The notes under the pieces: model-generated
What the model was told of the DNA's origin: nothing
What the model saw: only the letters and a program-made list of their open reading frames with translations
The model's database searches: none
Program-made: the position numbers and the translations under genes
In this document: positions 1 through 10,386 of the stretch, one piece after another
Numbering within the stretch: the stretch's first letter is position 1
How the letters are laid out: each line of letters begins with the position of its first letter
NCBI GenBank assembly: GCA_964291405.2
Contig: OZ219926.1
Location: forward strand, 416,001-480,000
Length of the DNA: 64,000 bases
Direction: 5' to 3'
Source of the DNA: Thermodesulfobacteriota bacterium
GTDB lineage: Bacteria; Desulfobacterota; Binatia; Bin18

Positions 1-2549
1 GCCGTCGAGCAGCCTCAGCAATGGCAACAGCATGCGGGTTATCGACATAATCGGCGGCGGGAATGTCGGGCGACAGTCCTTCGGGGAACGGGAAGGTCTC
101 GAAAGTGGTAGTTGGCGTGTAGCGTGGACGATCTTCCAGACTCGTGCCGAGCCGCAAAGACCATGCTTCGTGAAATCGGCTGTGCAGGATGCCGAAGGTC
201 GTATCGTCGTCGCGGGCGATGACGACCAATTGGCAGTCGGGGCAGATACTAGCTTCGCGCCAGACGAACAGCCGGTGCTTGGCGACGCGCGGTGTGGCGA
301 TGTAACGGGACAGCCGACTGAGTGCCCCCCACATGCCGGAGTTTGTCTCTCCATGCTGCCACCAATACATCCGGCGCCTCTTGCGATTATTCTCGCGCCG
401 TACGGGGTAAACGTGACTCATCACGTATTGAAACGGTTCTTCGTAGAGTGCGGCCTCCGCTTCCGACGACTGAGCAAAGTCCCGCACAGGCACGGATAAT
501 CCATTTGCCGGTGGGTCGTCGGGTCACGTCCATGCCGTTGATCCACGGTTTCAGAACGTCGGAGTTGGGGCGTCCATTTGGGTTGGTGGGCAGTTGAAGC
601 CATTCCCTAGCCAACTCGCCCGGAATTTCGAAAGGACCGTGTTTGAAGATTCCCCTGAACGAGACGTCCTTGTTGCACGCCAACGGGACCGCCTTGGTGA
701 GATCAAGGTCCCCAGAGGAAAGGGCAGAACTGATTCGAGTAGTTTCTTTACCATCCAAGAAGCGAATTAATTTTGATCCTGCTGGCCCGAAACAAATCAG
801 AGAAACTCGAACCGCCGCTCCATCAAGAACCCACGGTTCATCGGACCACACATCGAAGATGGCTGTCCGATCTACGATGCGGTCAAGCACAGCCCTGTTG
901 GCACCGCCTCGAATTGAATTGGTGGCAACAAGGCCGGCGTGGGCGATTTTCCTTTCCGCCACCAGCCTGCCCGCCTTGCTGAACCAGAAGCACACCAAGT
1001 CAGCACCGCCTGGAACCTGGCCTTCATACGCCGCCCGCAACCTCTCCGTATAGAAGTCGCCAAGGACGGCCCGAAAGCGCTGTACGCCCAGAAATGGCGG
1101 GTTGCCAATCACCGCATTAGCCTCTGGCCACTCAGGCTCCCCACCCTCCGGCGTCAGAATCGCATCGCGGCATTCGATGGTATCAAGCGGTTTCAGGATA
1201 GGGTCACGGGATTCGTTGAAGCCGTTGCGCCGCATCCAATTTCGCCAATCCTCGAGACGCGGGCCAGTTCAGCGGCATAAGGGTTGATTTCAATGCCTCT
1301 GACGTTGGCTGGGCCGATGACGGGAAATTCTCGCTCCAAGCCCAGCGCCTCGGCCTCCAACTGTACCCGATGCTCCAGGTCTTTGAGAACATGCAGCGCC
1401 AGATACAGGAAATTGCCTGACCCGCAGGCAGGATCGAGCACCGTAAAGCTCCGTAGCCGCTCAAGAAACTCGCCTAGCAGGCGCTCGGCTTCGGCCCGGC
1501 GGCGCGTGCGTGTGGCCGGAGATTTGGCGGTCTCCGCTTTTTCCAGGACGGCAGCAATTTCAGCCTTGGCCGTCTCCCATTCGGCCAGCCAGGGGCGAAT
1601 AATCACCGGCTCGACGATCAGCATGATCTTATCCCGGTCGGTGTAATGCGCGCCCAATTCGAGCGCTTGTCCGGGTCAAGCCCGCGCTCGAACAGCGTCC
1701 CCAAAATTGAGGGATCAATCTCCGACCAGTCGAGTGCCGCCGCCGCGAGCACGGTATCAATGTCGGTCTTCTCCAACGGCAGAGTCGTGTCGTCGTCGAA
1801 CAGCCCACCGTTGAACCACGCCACTTCCTCGAAACCCATCGCCACCGGTGGACATCGCGCTGAATAGGCGCGATGCATACTCGACAAACTGCTCCGGCTT
1901 GAGCCGACTACGTTCCAGCATCCGCGTGAACATATTGTTCGGCAGCAAGCCTACGTCTTCGGCGAACATGCAGAACACCAGGCCGGTTCACGAAATGGGC
2001 GACCGTATGACTCTCATGGTCTCGCTCCCGTAACGCCTGCGCCAGGGCGGCAAACGTGGTGGCTGCGCGTTCGGTGACGGCCTGCCGAGTTTCACCGGGC
2101 CGGAGCCACTCGGGCTCACATCGCCCACTTGAGCATGTTGCGCGTGGCTGCGTCCGCGAGGTCGTCCAGCGTGAATTCGTGGGCTCGCTGACAGTGTTGG
2201 TCCAGTTGGTGCGGATACGGAACCGCGCCATGTCCGAGACGATCAACAGGGGCGGGTTCTCCAGTGCCAGGGCGTACTGCCGTAACTGATTGAAGGCCGC
2301 GTTCAGGTCTTTGTGTTTACCTTTGTACTCCCAGGCAAAGTGATGGCGTTTCCACACGTCGGCCCAGCCTTTGCCACCGGTGTCTTTGCGTGCGCCACGC
2401 TCAAAACAGTAGTGGTCGCCGGTGGGGTCGGCGTCAGCGGGTGTGGGTTCGCCCAGCAGCCGGCACAGGTCGATGAAATGCTCTTGCGACGCTGAGCGTT
2501 CCTTCAACTCTGAGGCGCGCCACTTGGTGATAAACTGGCTTGGCGTCAT
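1..2549 (-). pseudogene. MmeI-like (type IIL/IIG) restriction-modification DNA methyltransferase, frameshifted and running off the window's left edge
   Basis: Consecutive fragments (1908-2549, 1757-1978, 1618-1887, 1193-1657, 387-1235, then 1-481) rebuild one protein: ADVW..WEYK nuclease motif, GAHYT, motif I LDPACGSGNF, motif IV NPPF and C-terminal RYTPTTTFETFPFP. At least six indels. Confidence 0.88.
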
Positions 2550-2570
2550 AGCCTCATCTACAGTGGTGTC

Positions 2571-3320
2571 CTACTTCCGCGCCTCGGCAATATGGTGCCG
2601 TGCGGAGGTCAGCGCTTTTTCATCCACAATGCTCGCTACTGCCTCAAGCAGGGCATCGACCAGGCTGTCATCGCCCCCAACGCGGAGCAGGGCTTTGTAG
2701 TGAAACGCGATCTGGGGCGCTCCCTGGGCAATCAGCGCGCCGAGCACGATGGCCTCGCGTTCGATCAGGAGCAGTCCGGCTCGACCAAAGACCCGGCCAA
2801 AGTCGTCATAGCGCACCCATTCGGCCAGTTCGGGACTGATCTGACTGAGCTGCTGGATGAGCTTTTTGTTCTCCTCGCTGCCACCGGTCAGCTGCTCTTG
2901 AATCTGCATCCCGCGTTCTCCCCAGATGGTTGGGGCATACTCCGGCCAGGGCTCGGTCGGCTGCGGACTCTGCCCCTGGGAACGTTGGCTGATGTAGTCG
3001 GGATACACCTGCTGAAAGCGTCCCAGCGTGCTCAGGGTCCGCGGATAGCCGATGTAGGGCAACAGGTTCAGGACGGCCTCGTACATCTGGAGTTCGCTGA
3101 GCCCGGCGTCCTTGCCCTCGCTGAAAAGCTGCTCGGCGGTGTCGAACCGGCCCGAGGTACCGGCGGCGGATATCTGACACAGCGCGACCAGAGTGATCTG
3201 ATTGTAGGCCGTGTTTTGGGCGTGGACAGTCAGCGGCAGCAGGCCCACGGCACAGACCAGCCCGATGGTCAGCCTCCCGCTCATCCTCCAACCGCCAATC
3301 ATTCTTTTCCGCTTCTGCAT
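2571..3320 (-). CDS. Carboxymuconolactone decarboxylase (CMD/AhpD-like) family protein with a predicted signal peptide
   Basis: Two CMD-like halves (EAVLNLLPYIGYPR; DFGRVFGRAGL..ERE). Basic and hydrophobic N-terminus ending VHA|Q. AAGGAG RBS. Confidence 0.72.
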   Translation of the reverse strand: MQKRKRMIGGWRMSGRLTIGLVCAVGLLPLTVHAQNTAYNQITLVALCQISAAGTSGRFDTAEQLFSEGKDAGLSELQMYEAVLNLLPYIGYPRTLSTLGRFQQVYPDYISQRSQGQSPQPTEPWPEYAPTIWGERGMQIQEQLTGGSEENKKLIQQLSQISPELAEWVRYDDFGRVFGRAGLLLIEREAIVLGALIAQGAPQIAFHYKALLRVGGDDSLVDALLEAVASIVDEKALTSARHHIAEARK

Positions 3321-3350
3321 ACGTTCTCCTTGTCATGAGCCGAGAATCAG

Positions 3351-4589
3351 CTACCCCTCCGCATTCTCAACAAGGATGCCCTGGTCCTTTAATTCCTGTA
3401 TTTGCTCGGCCGTATAGCCGCACAGGTCGCCCAGCAACTCGTCCGTATGTTGGCCGAGGCGGGACGCCGGTCCGGGGATGCGTGGCGGTGTCTTGGAGAA
3501 TTTGTGGGGGGATTGGAGCAACTTCAGTTCGCCGTAGTCCGGGTTGGGCATGGTTTCGACCATGCGTTTGCTTAAATGCGGGTCTTCCGCGAATTGGCCG
3601 ATGGACAGAATCGGGGCAACCGGCAGGCGGAGTTCATCGGCCATAATCCGAATCGCCTCTTCGTCACTCGGCAGCGATTGCAGCCACTCTTCGATAATGA
3701 CGCGCAGAGCGTCCGCGTTCTGGATGCGCCAGCGGTTAGTCTTGAATTCGGGTGAGGTCAGCAACTCTTCGTGTCCCATGCGTTTGACCAGGGTCACCCA
3801 GTGGTCCTCGGTGATCAGTCCGATAGCGATATACCCATCCTTGGATTTGAACGCGCCATACGGAAACGCTCCGGCCCGCTGCGAGCCACCGCGCTGCGGG
3901 TCGACCGCGCCGTTGGTCACGCTGTAGGCCGCCAGCGCCCAGTCGTGCGAGTTATAGGTGCAGTCCACCAGGGCCAGGTCGATATGCTGGCCCTCACCCG
4001 TACGCTGCCGATGAAACAGGGCCGCCATGATCGCACCAAAGGCGTTGAGCGCAGTCATGTGATCGCCAATGGCCGAGGCTGGATAGGCTGGATAGCCGTC
4101 CGGCTCACCGACCAGATGCAGTAACCCACCGGCCGCCAGAGCGACTAGGTCGTTGCCGATGCGGCGGGAGTACGGCCCGGTCTGTCCATAGGTCGAGACC
4201 GAGCACATGACGAGGCTCGGGTTGACGGCGGACAGACTCTCATAGGTCAGGCCGTAGCGCTCCATGATGCCGGGCGTGAAGTTCTCGAACAGTACGTCGC
4301 AGTGCTGGACCAAATCCTTGATAACGGCCTGACCGGCCGGGGTTTTGATATCCACACACAGGCTCTTCTTGCCCCGGTTGTGCATGATGAAATAGCTCGG
4401 CGTAGCGCCATCCTTGCCGTCCTTGGGCACGATGCGGATATGCCGACTGTGTTCGCCTTTGGGTGGGAGCTCAACCTTGATGACCTCCGCCCCAAGGTCC
4501 ACCATCAGCCGCGTGGCCTGCGGGCCGGCCAGCCATTGGGTCAGGTCAAGAATACGAACCCCCTCAAGAATCTGTTTCTGTTCGGTCAT
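3351..4589 (-). CDS. CaiB/BaiF family (class III) CoA-transferase
   Basis: LEGVRILDLT..AGP, GAEVIKVE, NRGKKS and ENFTPG motifs. Confidence 0.93.
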   Translation of the reverse strand: MTEQKQILEGVRILDLTQWLAGPQATRLMVDLGAEVIKVELPPKGEHSRHIRIVPKDGKDGATPSYFIMHNRGKKSLCVDIKTPAGQAVIKDLVQHCDVLFENFTPGIMERYGLTYESLSAVNPSLVMCSVSTYGQTGPYSRRIGNDLVALAAGGLLHLVGEPDGYPAYPASAIGDHMTALNAFGAIMAALFHRQRTGEGQHIDLALVDCTYNSHDWALAAYSVTNGAVDPQRGGSQRAGAFPYGAFKSKDGYIAIGLITEDHWVTLVKRMGHEELLTSPEFKTNRWRIQNADALRVIIEEWLQSLPSDEEAIRIMADELRLPVAPILSIGQFAEDPHLSKRMVETMPNPDYGELKLLQSPHKFSKTPPRIPGPASRLGQHTDELLGDLCGYTAEQIQELKDQGILVENAEG

Positions 4590-4600
4590 GTCACACTCCC

Positions 4601-5362
4601 TTAGATAGCCTTGCCGGCCACAAACCCACCGTCAATCGGAATCGTTGCACCAGTCATGAAGTCGGCGTCCTCAGACGCCAGGAACAACATCAGCTTGGCG
4701 ATTTCTTCCGGCTGAGCCCAGCGTCCGGCCGGATGCGCTTTTTTGAGCGAGGCTACGATATCCGGCTTATCAAAATAGCCCGCGGTCATGGCGGTCTCGA
4801 CCACCCCTGGGGCAATGGCATTGACCTGGATATGCTTATCGGCCAGTTCCATCCCCATTTCCTTGGTCAGGCCGACCACCCCATGCTTGGAGGCCACATA
4901 GGCCGCCCGGTTCGGCACGCCCATAAGACCGGCGACCGACGACAGGTTAATGATCTTTCCGCTTTTATTCTGCGCAATCAGGTGCTGGGCAACGGCTTGA
5001 CTGCACAGAAACGTCCCGGTCAGATTCGTGCCAATGACCTTCGTCCATTCTTCGGCGGGCAATTCCAGGAACGGTACGATCTCGCGTACCCCCGCGCTGT
5101 TGATCAGCACATCGAGTGAGCCGAGTCCGACCGCGGCCTGCTCGACTAGAGCCCGCACCGAATCCGGTTGCGTGACATCGACCTGGAGGGCCACGGCCAT
5201 CCGCCCTAATTCTTCAACCGCGCCGGCGGTTGCCTGGGCCGACTCAAGCCGGAGATCTGCTGCGGCAATCGCAGCGCCTTCTTCGGCAAAGGCCAGGCTT
5301 GCCGCCCGCCCGATTCCGCTCCCCGCGCCGGTGATCAGGACCCCCGTGTTTTCAAACCGCAT
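4601..5362 (-). CDS. SDR family oxidoreductase
   Basis: TGAGSGIG, NSAG and YxxxK (YVASK). Confidence 0.93.
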   Translation of the reverse strand: MRFENTGVLITGAGSGIGRAASLAFAEEGAAIAAADLRLESAQATAGAVEELGRMAVALQVDVTQPDSVRALVEQAAVGLGSLDVLINSAGVREIVPFLELPAEEWTKVIGTNLTGTFLCSQAVAQHLIAQNKSGKIINLSSVAGLMGVPNRAAYVASKHGVVGLTKEMGMELADKHIQVNAIAPGVVETAMTAGYFDKPDIVASLKKAHPAGRWAQPEEIAKLMLFLASEDADFMTGATIPIDGGFVAGKAI

Positions 5363-5438
5363 GAATGCCTCCTGTTGGCCTTCCTATATCCTAAATACGC
5401 TTGCTTTTTTAGCCTGTCGGGTGCTGCTGGCGTAGAAT

Positions 5439-5457
5439 TGTATGACAGCGTCATACA
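5439..5457. promoter_or_regulatory. Palindromic operator, probably autoregulatory for the vapBC pair
   Basis: TGTATGAC-agc-GTCATACA, a perfect 8-bp inverted repeat directly after a TAGAAT -10-like hexamer (5433-5438) and 40 bp upstream of the antitoxin ATG. Confidence 0.6.
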
Positions 5458-5497
5458 CGCTATGCTCGTAAGTATCTACTCTATGAGGAGATGTCAT

Positions 5498-5758
5498 ATG
5501 CGAGTCAATGCAAGATTGGATGACGAGCGGGCGGAGAAGCTGCGACAACTTCAAGCGCTAACACGACTCAGCACCAGCGAGATCGTCAAGCGTGCCATCG
5601 ACCTCTTGCATCGCCAACAAGCCGGGCGATCCCGCGACAAGATCGACGCCTTGTTGAGCAGCGACTTCGTGGGCTGCGCTACAGGTCCCGCAGACTTGGC
5701 GAGCCAATACAAACGTTACCTCAGACGTGACCTGGGGGAAAAACATGGTATTGGCTGA
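5498..5758 (+). CDS. vapB: CopG/RHH antitoxin (VapB-like)
   Basis: MRVNARLDDERAEKL..SEIVKRAI ribbon-helix-helix pattern. GAGGAG RBS. Overlaps the PIN toxin start. Confidence 0.8.
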   Translation: MRVNARLDDERAEKLRQLQALTRLSTSEIVKRAIDLLHRQQAGRSRDKIDALLSSDFVGCATGPADLASQYKRYLRRDLGEKHGIG

Positions 5759-6167
5759 CACCGGCTATTGGCTGGCGTTGGCGAATAGCCGGGACCGCTG
5801 GCACGAAGCCGCGCTTGAGGCCAGTCGAGGCATTGACGAAACTCTCGTCGTCACATGGCCGGTAGTGACGGAAACTTGCCACCTCATGCTCTCACAATTG
5901 GGAGTACATGCGGAATTACGCTTCGTCGAGCAAGTGTGGAAAAATGTAGACATTCACGAGATCGGGCAGGGACATCTCGGCGCTATCCACGCATTGATGG
6001 AGCGCTACGCGAATCTGCCTATGGACCTAGCGGACGCCTCACTTGTGGTGGCGGCAACCGAACTCGGAGAAGGCCGGATTCTTTCTACGGATCAGCGCGA
6101 TTTCGAGACGTATCGATGGAAGGATACGCAACCGTTTCACAACCTGCTGCGTCCCTTCGCGGCATAA
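5745..6167 (+). CDS. vapC: PIN-domain toxin (VapC-like)
   Basis: LADTG, VVTE, MDLADAS and STDQRDF acidic PIN motifs. Confidence 0.9.
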   Translation: MVLADTGYWLALANSRDRWHEAALEASRGIDETLVVTWPVVTETCHLMLSQLGVHAELRFVEQVWKNVDIHEIGQGHLGAIHALMERYANLPMDLADASLVVAATELGEGRILSTDQRDFETYRWKDTQPFHNLLRPFAA

Positions 6168-6209
6168 GTTCACCCCTGCCAACCGACCTACTCGACGCGC
6201 ATCACCACC

Positions 6210-6234
6210 AGGGGCGGGACATGCCCTCCCCTAC
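6210..6234. repeat. GTAG-type REP-like palindrome overlapping the LLM gene stop codon
   Basis: aggggcgggacatgccctcccctac. The CTA at 6231-6233 is the stop of the minus-strand gene. Confidence 0.5.
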
Positions 6235-7247
6235 CCCCGGAAGCTCGGCATGATCTCCTTGGCGAACAGCTCCAGCGAGCGGGTCGATTTCTTGGGGTCC
6301 ATGCCGGCCAGTTGCGTGCTCATAATGAAATGCGTGCATTGGAACTCGTCTTTGAAGCGTTCCATTTTTCGGGCGACCTGGTCCGGCGTACCGATCATCA
6401 CCGCTTCTCCAAAGGCCGAGTGGCGGAGTTCCTCCGGCTTGGTGTAGGTCCACACGTCCTTATCTCCAGGCGCATCGTTCGCCTCGGCCAGAATATGGCC
6501 GTAGAATTCCATCATACTGAACAAATGCTCCTGACAGTCCTCCCAGGCCTGGTCTTCGGTTTCAGCCAGATACACCAGGCGTAACTGCGCGATATTGAAA
6601 TCGTCCGGGTTGCGCCCACACTTTTTGAGTTCGTCGATATACCACGCCGCTGGATCAGGCCCGATGGTTGCCATGAGATGACAGCCCAGCCGGGCCGCGC
6701 TGCGGGTGGCCTTCTCGGCCCGCGCGCCGATCCACAGCGGCATGGGCTGCTGCACCGGCTTGGGGCTCAGGGTCAGGTCTTTCACCTGAGTGAAACGCCC
6801 GTCAAACGTGACCGCGTCCTCGGTCCAGACTTTTTGAATCAACTCAACGCCCTCGCGTAAACGCGCCGAACGTTCCTTGCGCGGCATACACAGGGCGTCA
6901 AACTCCATATACGAATAGCCCTGCCCGACGCCCAGGTCGAACCGACCATTTGACCAGATATCGACACAGGTTGCGTCTTCCGCCACCCGAATCGGATGCT
7001 GAAACGGCAGCAGCAAAATAAACGTCCCAATCCGAATGGTGCTCGTACGGGTGGCAATCGCCGCCGCGGTCGGCAGCAGCGACGGATTATAGCCATCCTC
7101 AGTAAAGTGGTGCTCGGTCAGCCAGACGTGATCGTAGCCGAGTTCCTCGGCCCGAACGGTTTGGTCTAAGATCGCGTTATACAGCTCGGGAAACGGCCGC
7201 GCCCAAGGCTCAGGGTTCCGAAAATCTTCCATAAAACCAAATTGCAT
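6231..7247 (-). CDS. LLM-class flavin-dependent oxidoreductase (luciferase-like)
   Basis: AEELGYDHVWLTEHHF, GRFDLGVGQGY and PKPVQQP. Confidence 0.92.
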   Translation of the reverse strand: MQFGFMEDFRNPEPWARPFPELYNAILDQTVRAEELGYDHVWLTEHHFTEDGYNPSLLPTAAAIATRTSTIRIGTFILLLPFQHPIRVAEDATCVDIWSNGRFDLGVGQGYSYMEFDALCMPRKERSARLREGVELIQKVWTEDAVTFDGRFTQVKDLTLSPKPVQQPMPLWIGARAEKATRSAARLGCHLMATIGPDPAAWYIDELKKCGRNPDDFNIAQLRLVYLAETEDQAWEDCQEHLFSMMEFYGHILAEANDAPGDKDVWTYTKPEELRHSAFGEAVMIGTPDQVARKMERFKDEFQCTHFIMSTQLAGMDPKKSTRSLELFAKEIMPSFRG

Positions 7248-7295
7248 ATACTCGTCCTCCTCTTCATTACGAATTGCTCAGAACGCTGCCCGCTG

Positions 7296-7330
7296 CCCCA
7301 GCCTCCAACCCCTAATCCTCAATCTCCGGC
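7296..7330 (+). repeat. Degenerate heptamer tandem repeat (CCCCAAT-like, 5 units) overlapping the amidase 3' end
   Basis: ccccagc ctccaac ccctaat cctcaat ctccggc. Confidence 0.6.
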
Positions 7331-8810
7331 CTTCTTTCCCCTACCCGCGTGGCCTGCTCAAACGCATGGGCCAACTGAAGCACGCCCAGTTCGTTCTGGT
7401 GTCGGCCAACGATCTGCACACCAACGGGCAGGCCCTCTGGTGTGAAGCCGCACGGCACCGAGATGGCCGGCAGGCCGGTGACGCTGATGTAGTAACACGA
7501 GCGCATCCAGTCCAAATACGTCTCCATCTGTACGCCGTTAATCTCCCGTACGTAGCGCTGTTTGATATCAAACGGCGGCACCTGAGAGACAGGCAGAATC
7601 AGGAACTCATACTGCTGCATGAACTCACGCACTCGGTGATAGAGCAGCGTGCGCTTTTTCTCGGCCTGCCCGATTTGCGGACCGGTGAGTTTTGTCCCCT
7701 CTTCGATATTCCAGATGACCGTGTCCTTCATTTTGTTTCGGTGTTCGGGCAACAACTCGCCCAAAGACAGATCAAAATACCACGCCCGCCAGACGCGAAA
7801 GACTTCGTCGGCATCTTGGAAGTCAGGGGTCGCTTCCTCAATGACGCAGCCTAGGTCGGTAAATACGCTACGCCGGCTTTCGAGCACTGCGGTCACACGG
7901 GCGTCCACCGGCAGGCCGCCCAGCGTCGGACTCCAGGCAATCGGGGTATCCGCAAAGGAGTGTTCAAGCGGCTGAAGGAACTGCTCGCCTGATTCGGTAT
8001 TGGCAATCGGCACCCGAGGGTCGGGCCCGGCCATAACGCTCAGCAACAACGCCACATCCTGAACGGTGCGGGCCATCGGCCCCTCAACGGCAAACGGAAA
8101 CCAGCCGACCCGGTGCGGCCAAGTGGGCACGCGACCGGGCGAGGGCCGGAACCCCACCACGTTGCAGAAACTGGCCGGGTTGCGCAGCGAGCCGCCCAGG
8201 TCGCTGCCGTCGGCAATCGGTAGCATTCCGGTCGCCAACGACACCGCGGCCCCACCGCTACTGCCGCCGCAGGTTGCGGAGAGATCGTACGGGTTGAGGG
8301 TCTCGCCAAACACTTCGTTATACGTCTGCGAGCCGGCCCCGAACTCGGGCGTATTCGTCTTGCCGATGGCAATCGCACCGGCCGCACGCAGGCGTTCGAC
8401 AATAATCTCGTCCTGGTCGGGAACAAAGTCGGCAAAGATCGGCGAGCCGAGCGTGGTGCGTACGCCTTTGGTCAAGACCAAATCCTTGCACAATCCCACC
8501 TCAGCTTCGGGGCACGTTTTACCGGAACGGTCCAGCCAAACACGTCGTTGGTACACTGCGGTATCGGCATGGCAATGGGCAAGCCGTGCAGTGGACCAAC
8601 CTCCTGGTCTCGCCCGAGCGCTTCATCAGCTGCGGTCGCCCGCTCCAGGCCATACTCGGCCAACAGGGTCACAATCGCGTTCACTCGCGGATTGACGCGC
8701 TCGATCCGGGCTAGATGCGCTTCCATGACCTCCCGGCACGACACCTCGCGGGTGCGAATGCGCGCAGCCAGTTCGGTTGCGCTGAGAAAGCAGAGTTCGG
8801 CAGCAGACAT
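7312..8810 (-). pseudogene. Amidase-signature family amidase interrupted by an 80-bp insertion (8489-8568)
   Basis: N-part MSAAEL..GPLHGLPIA and C-part KDL..GKTNTPEFG..GGSSGG..GSDLGGSLR. Removing 8489-8568 restores the in-frame PIAIKDL. Confidence 0.88.
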
Positions 8811-8951
8811 ACTCCCTCCCTTGGACGAGACCGTCCCTCCTGGTCGTCCGAGCAGCCTAGCGTCAGCGGAGTCAAAGGACAACGGCGCTTGAAAGGCGCA
8901 CCAATATGCAGTCCAATATACACACCCTCAACCGCGCAACAGGAGGATAGC

Positions 8952-10346
8952 ATGAGCCGGCCTTTTCCTGACGATCCATTTCTCCAGGGGAATTATGCTC
9001 CCTGGCCCATGGAGGGCGAGATTCACGACTTGGTAGTTACGGGCGAAATCCCGGCCGAGTTAAACGGCACCCTGTACCGGAACGGCTCAAACCCCCAGTT
9101 TGCACCCCGCGGACAGTATCACTGGTTTGACGGGGACGGCATGATTCACGCGTTTACCCTGGGCGCGGGCAAGGCGCATTATCGAAATCGCTGGGTCCGA
9201 ACGGAACGTTTCAAGCTTGAGCGCCAGCACGGGGAAGCGCTCTTTACCGGCCTCAGTGACCTGAGTAATACGGACGAACGGGCCCAGGGCGTTTTTCCGA
9301 ATGCGGCCAATACGAATATCGTCTTCCATGCGGGACGACTGCTCGCCCTGTGGGAAGGTGGTCCGCCCTATGAACTTGACCCATCGACCCTCGAAACCAT
9401 TGGCGTGTACGATTTTAACGGCAAGCTCCAGGGGGCCATGACCGCTCATCCCAAGGTCGATCCGGAAACAGGTGAACTCCTCTTTTTTGGTTACGGGCCG
9501 TTCCCGCCCTATCTGCGCTACACGGTCGTCTCTGCGGACGGTGATATTACGCGGAACGAAGAGATTTCCCTGCCAGTACCGGCCATGATGCACGATTTCA
9601 TCGCCACCCGAGAGCACGTCATCTTCATGGTTTTTCCGGCGACCCTGCGCCCGGAAAATCTGGCTTCCGGTTCTCCCGTGCGCTGGGAGCCAGCACTGGG
9701 AACGCGCATTGGGGTCATGCCACGCGACGGAGGAGGCGAGGATACCGTCTGGTTTGAGACCGACCCCTGCTTTGTGTTTCACGCCATGAATGCCTACACC
9801 CAAGGCAACACGGTCAGCGCTGATGTATGTCAGTTCCGCCTGCTGCCACTGTTTCAGGTTGACGGAGAAGACCTGGAGGCCAACATCCCGGTCTTCACTC
9901 GCTGGTCGCTTGACCTGACGACCCGCTCAATCACCCAGGCACAACGGGACGACCGGCTCAGCGAGTTTCCCCGACTGGATGAACGCTACGCCGGTTTGCC
10001 CTATAGGAAGGGATATGCGGCAGGCCGAGAGGACGCCGTTCCTTCCTCGGAAGGTCTGTTTAGCACGGTCATTGGGTATGACCATGCAAACGATCGGTCC
10101 CATACTCATGCGTTCGGCCCGGACAGCTACTCCTCGGAGCCGATTTTTGTCCCGCGTTCTGCGCGGTCAGCCGAAGGCGAAGGCTTTCTGCTCGTGGGGG
10201 TATACCGCAAAGAGGAAAATCGGAGCGACTTGGTCATTCTCGACGCGGAAAATATCGTGCACGAGCCACTGGCTACCGTTCACCTCCCCCATCGGGTGCC
10301 GTATGGCTTTCACGGCAATTGGGTGGAGGGGTTGTCGGTGGAGTGA
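8952..10346 (+). CDS. Carotenoid/lignostilbene cleavage dioxygenase (RPE65 family)
   Basis: GTLYRNG, HWFDGDGM, and four Fe-ligand His contexts (TAHPK, MHDF, FHAMN, FHG). AGGAGG RBS before ATG 8952. Confidence 0.93.
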   Translation: MSRPFPDDPFLQGNYAPWPMEGEIHDLVVTGEIPAELNGTLYRNGSNPQFAPRGQYHWFDGDGMIHAFTLGAGKAHYRNRWVRTERFKLERQHGEALFTGLSDLSNTDERAQGVFPNAANTNIVFHAGRLLALWEGGPPYELDPSTLETIGVYDFNGKLQGAMTAHPKVDPETGELLFFGYGPFPPYLRYTVVSADGDITRNEEISLPVPAMMHDFIATREHVIFMVFPATLRPENLASGSPVRWEPALGTRIGVMPRDGGGEDTVWFETDPCFVFHAMNAYTQGNTVSADVCQFRLLPLFQVDGEDLEANIPVFTRWSLDLTTRSITQAQRDDRLSEFPRLDERYAGLPYRKGYAAGREDAVPSSEGLFSTVIGYDHANDRSHTHAFGPDSYSSEPIFVPRSARSAEGEGFLLVGVYRKEENRSDLVILDAENIVHEPLATVHLPHRVPYGFHGNWVEGLSVE

Positions 10347-10386
10347 TGCCTTGACCCGCCTTCACCAAAGTCGTCATGTATAAAGC

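Noticed and set aside
8489-8568. The 80-bp insert as a group I intron or a translational bypass element
   Set aside because: It is far too short for a group I core and I recognised no P3-P7 elements. For bypassing there is no stop right after a take-off codon, and the only matched pair I noticed (TTG) would delete conserved residues.
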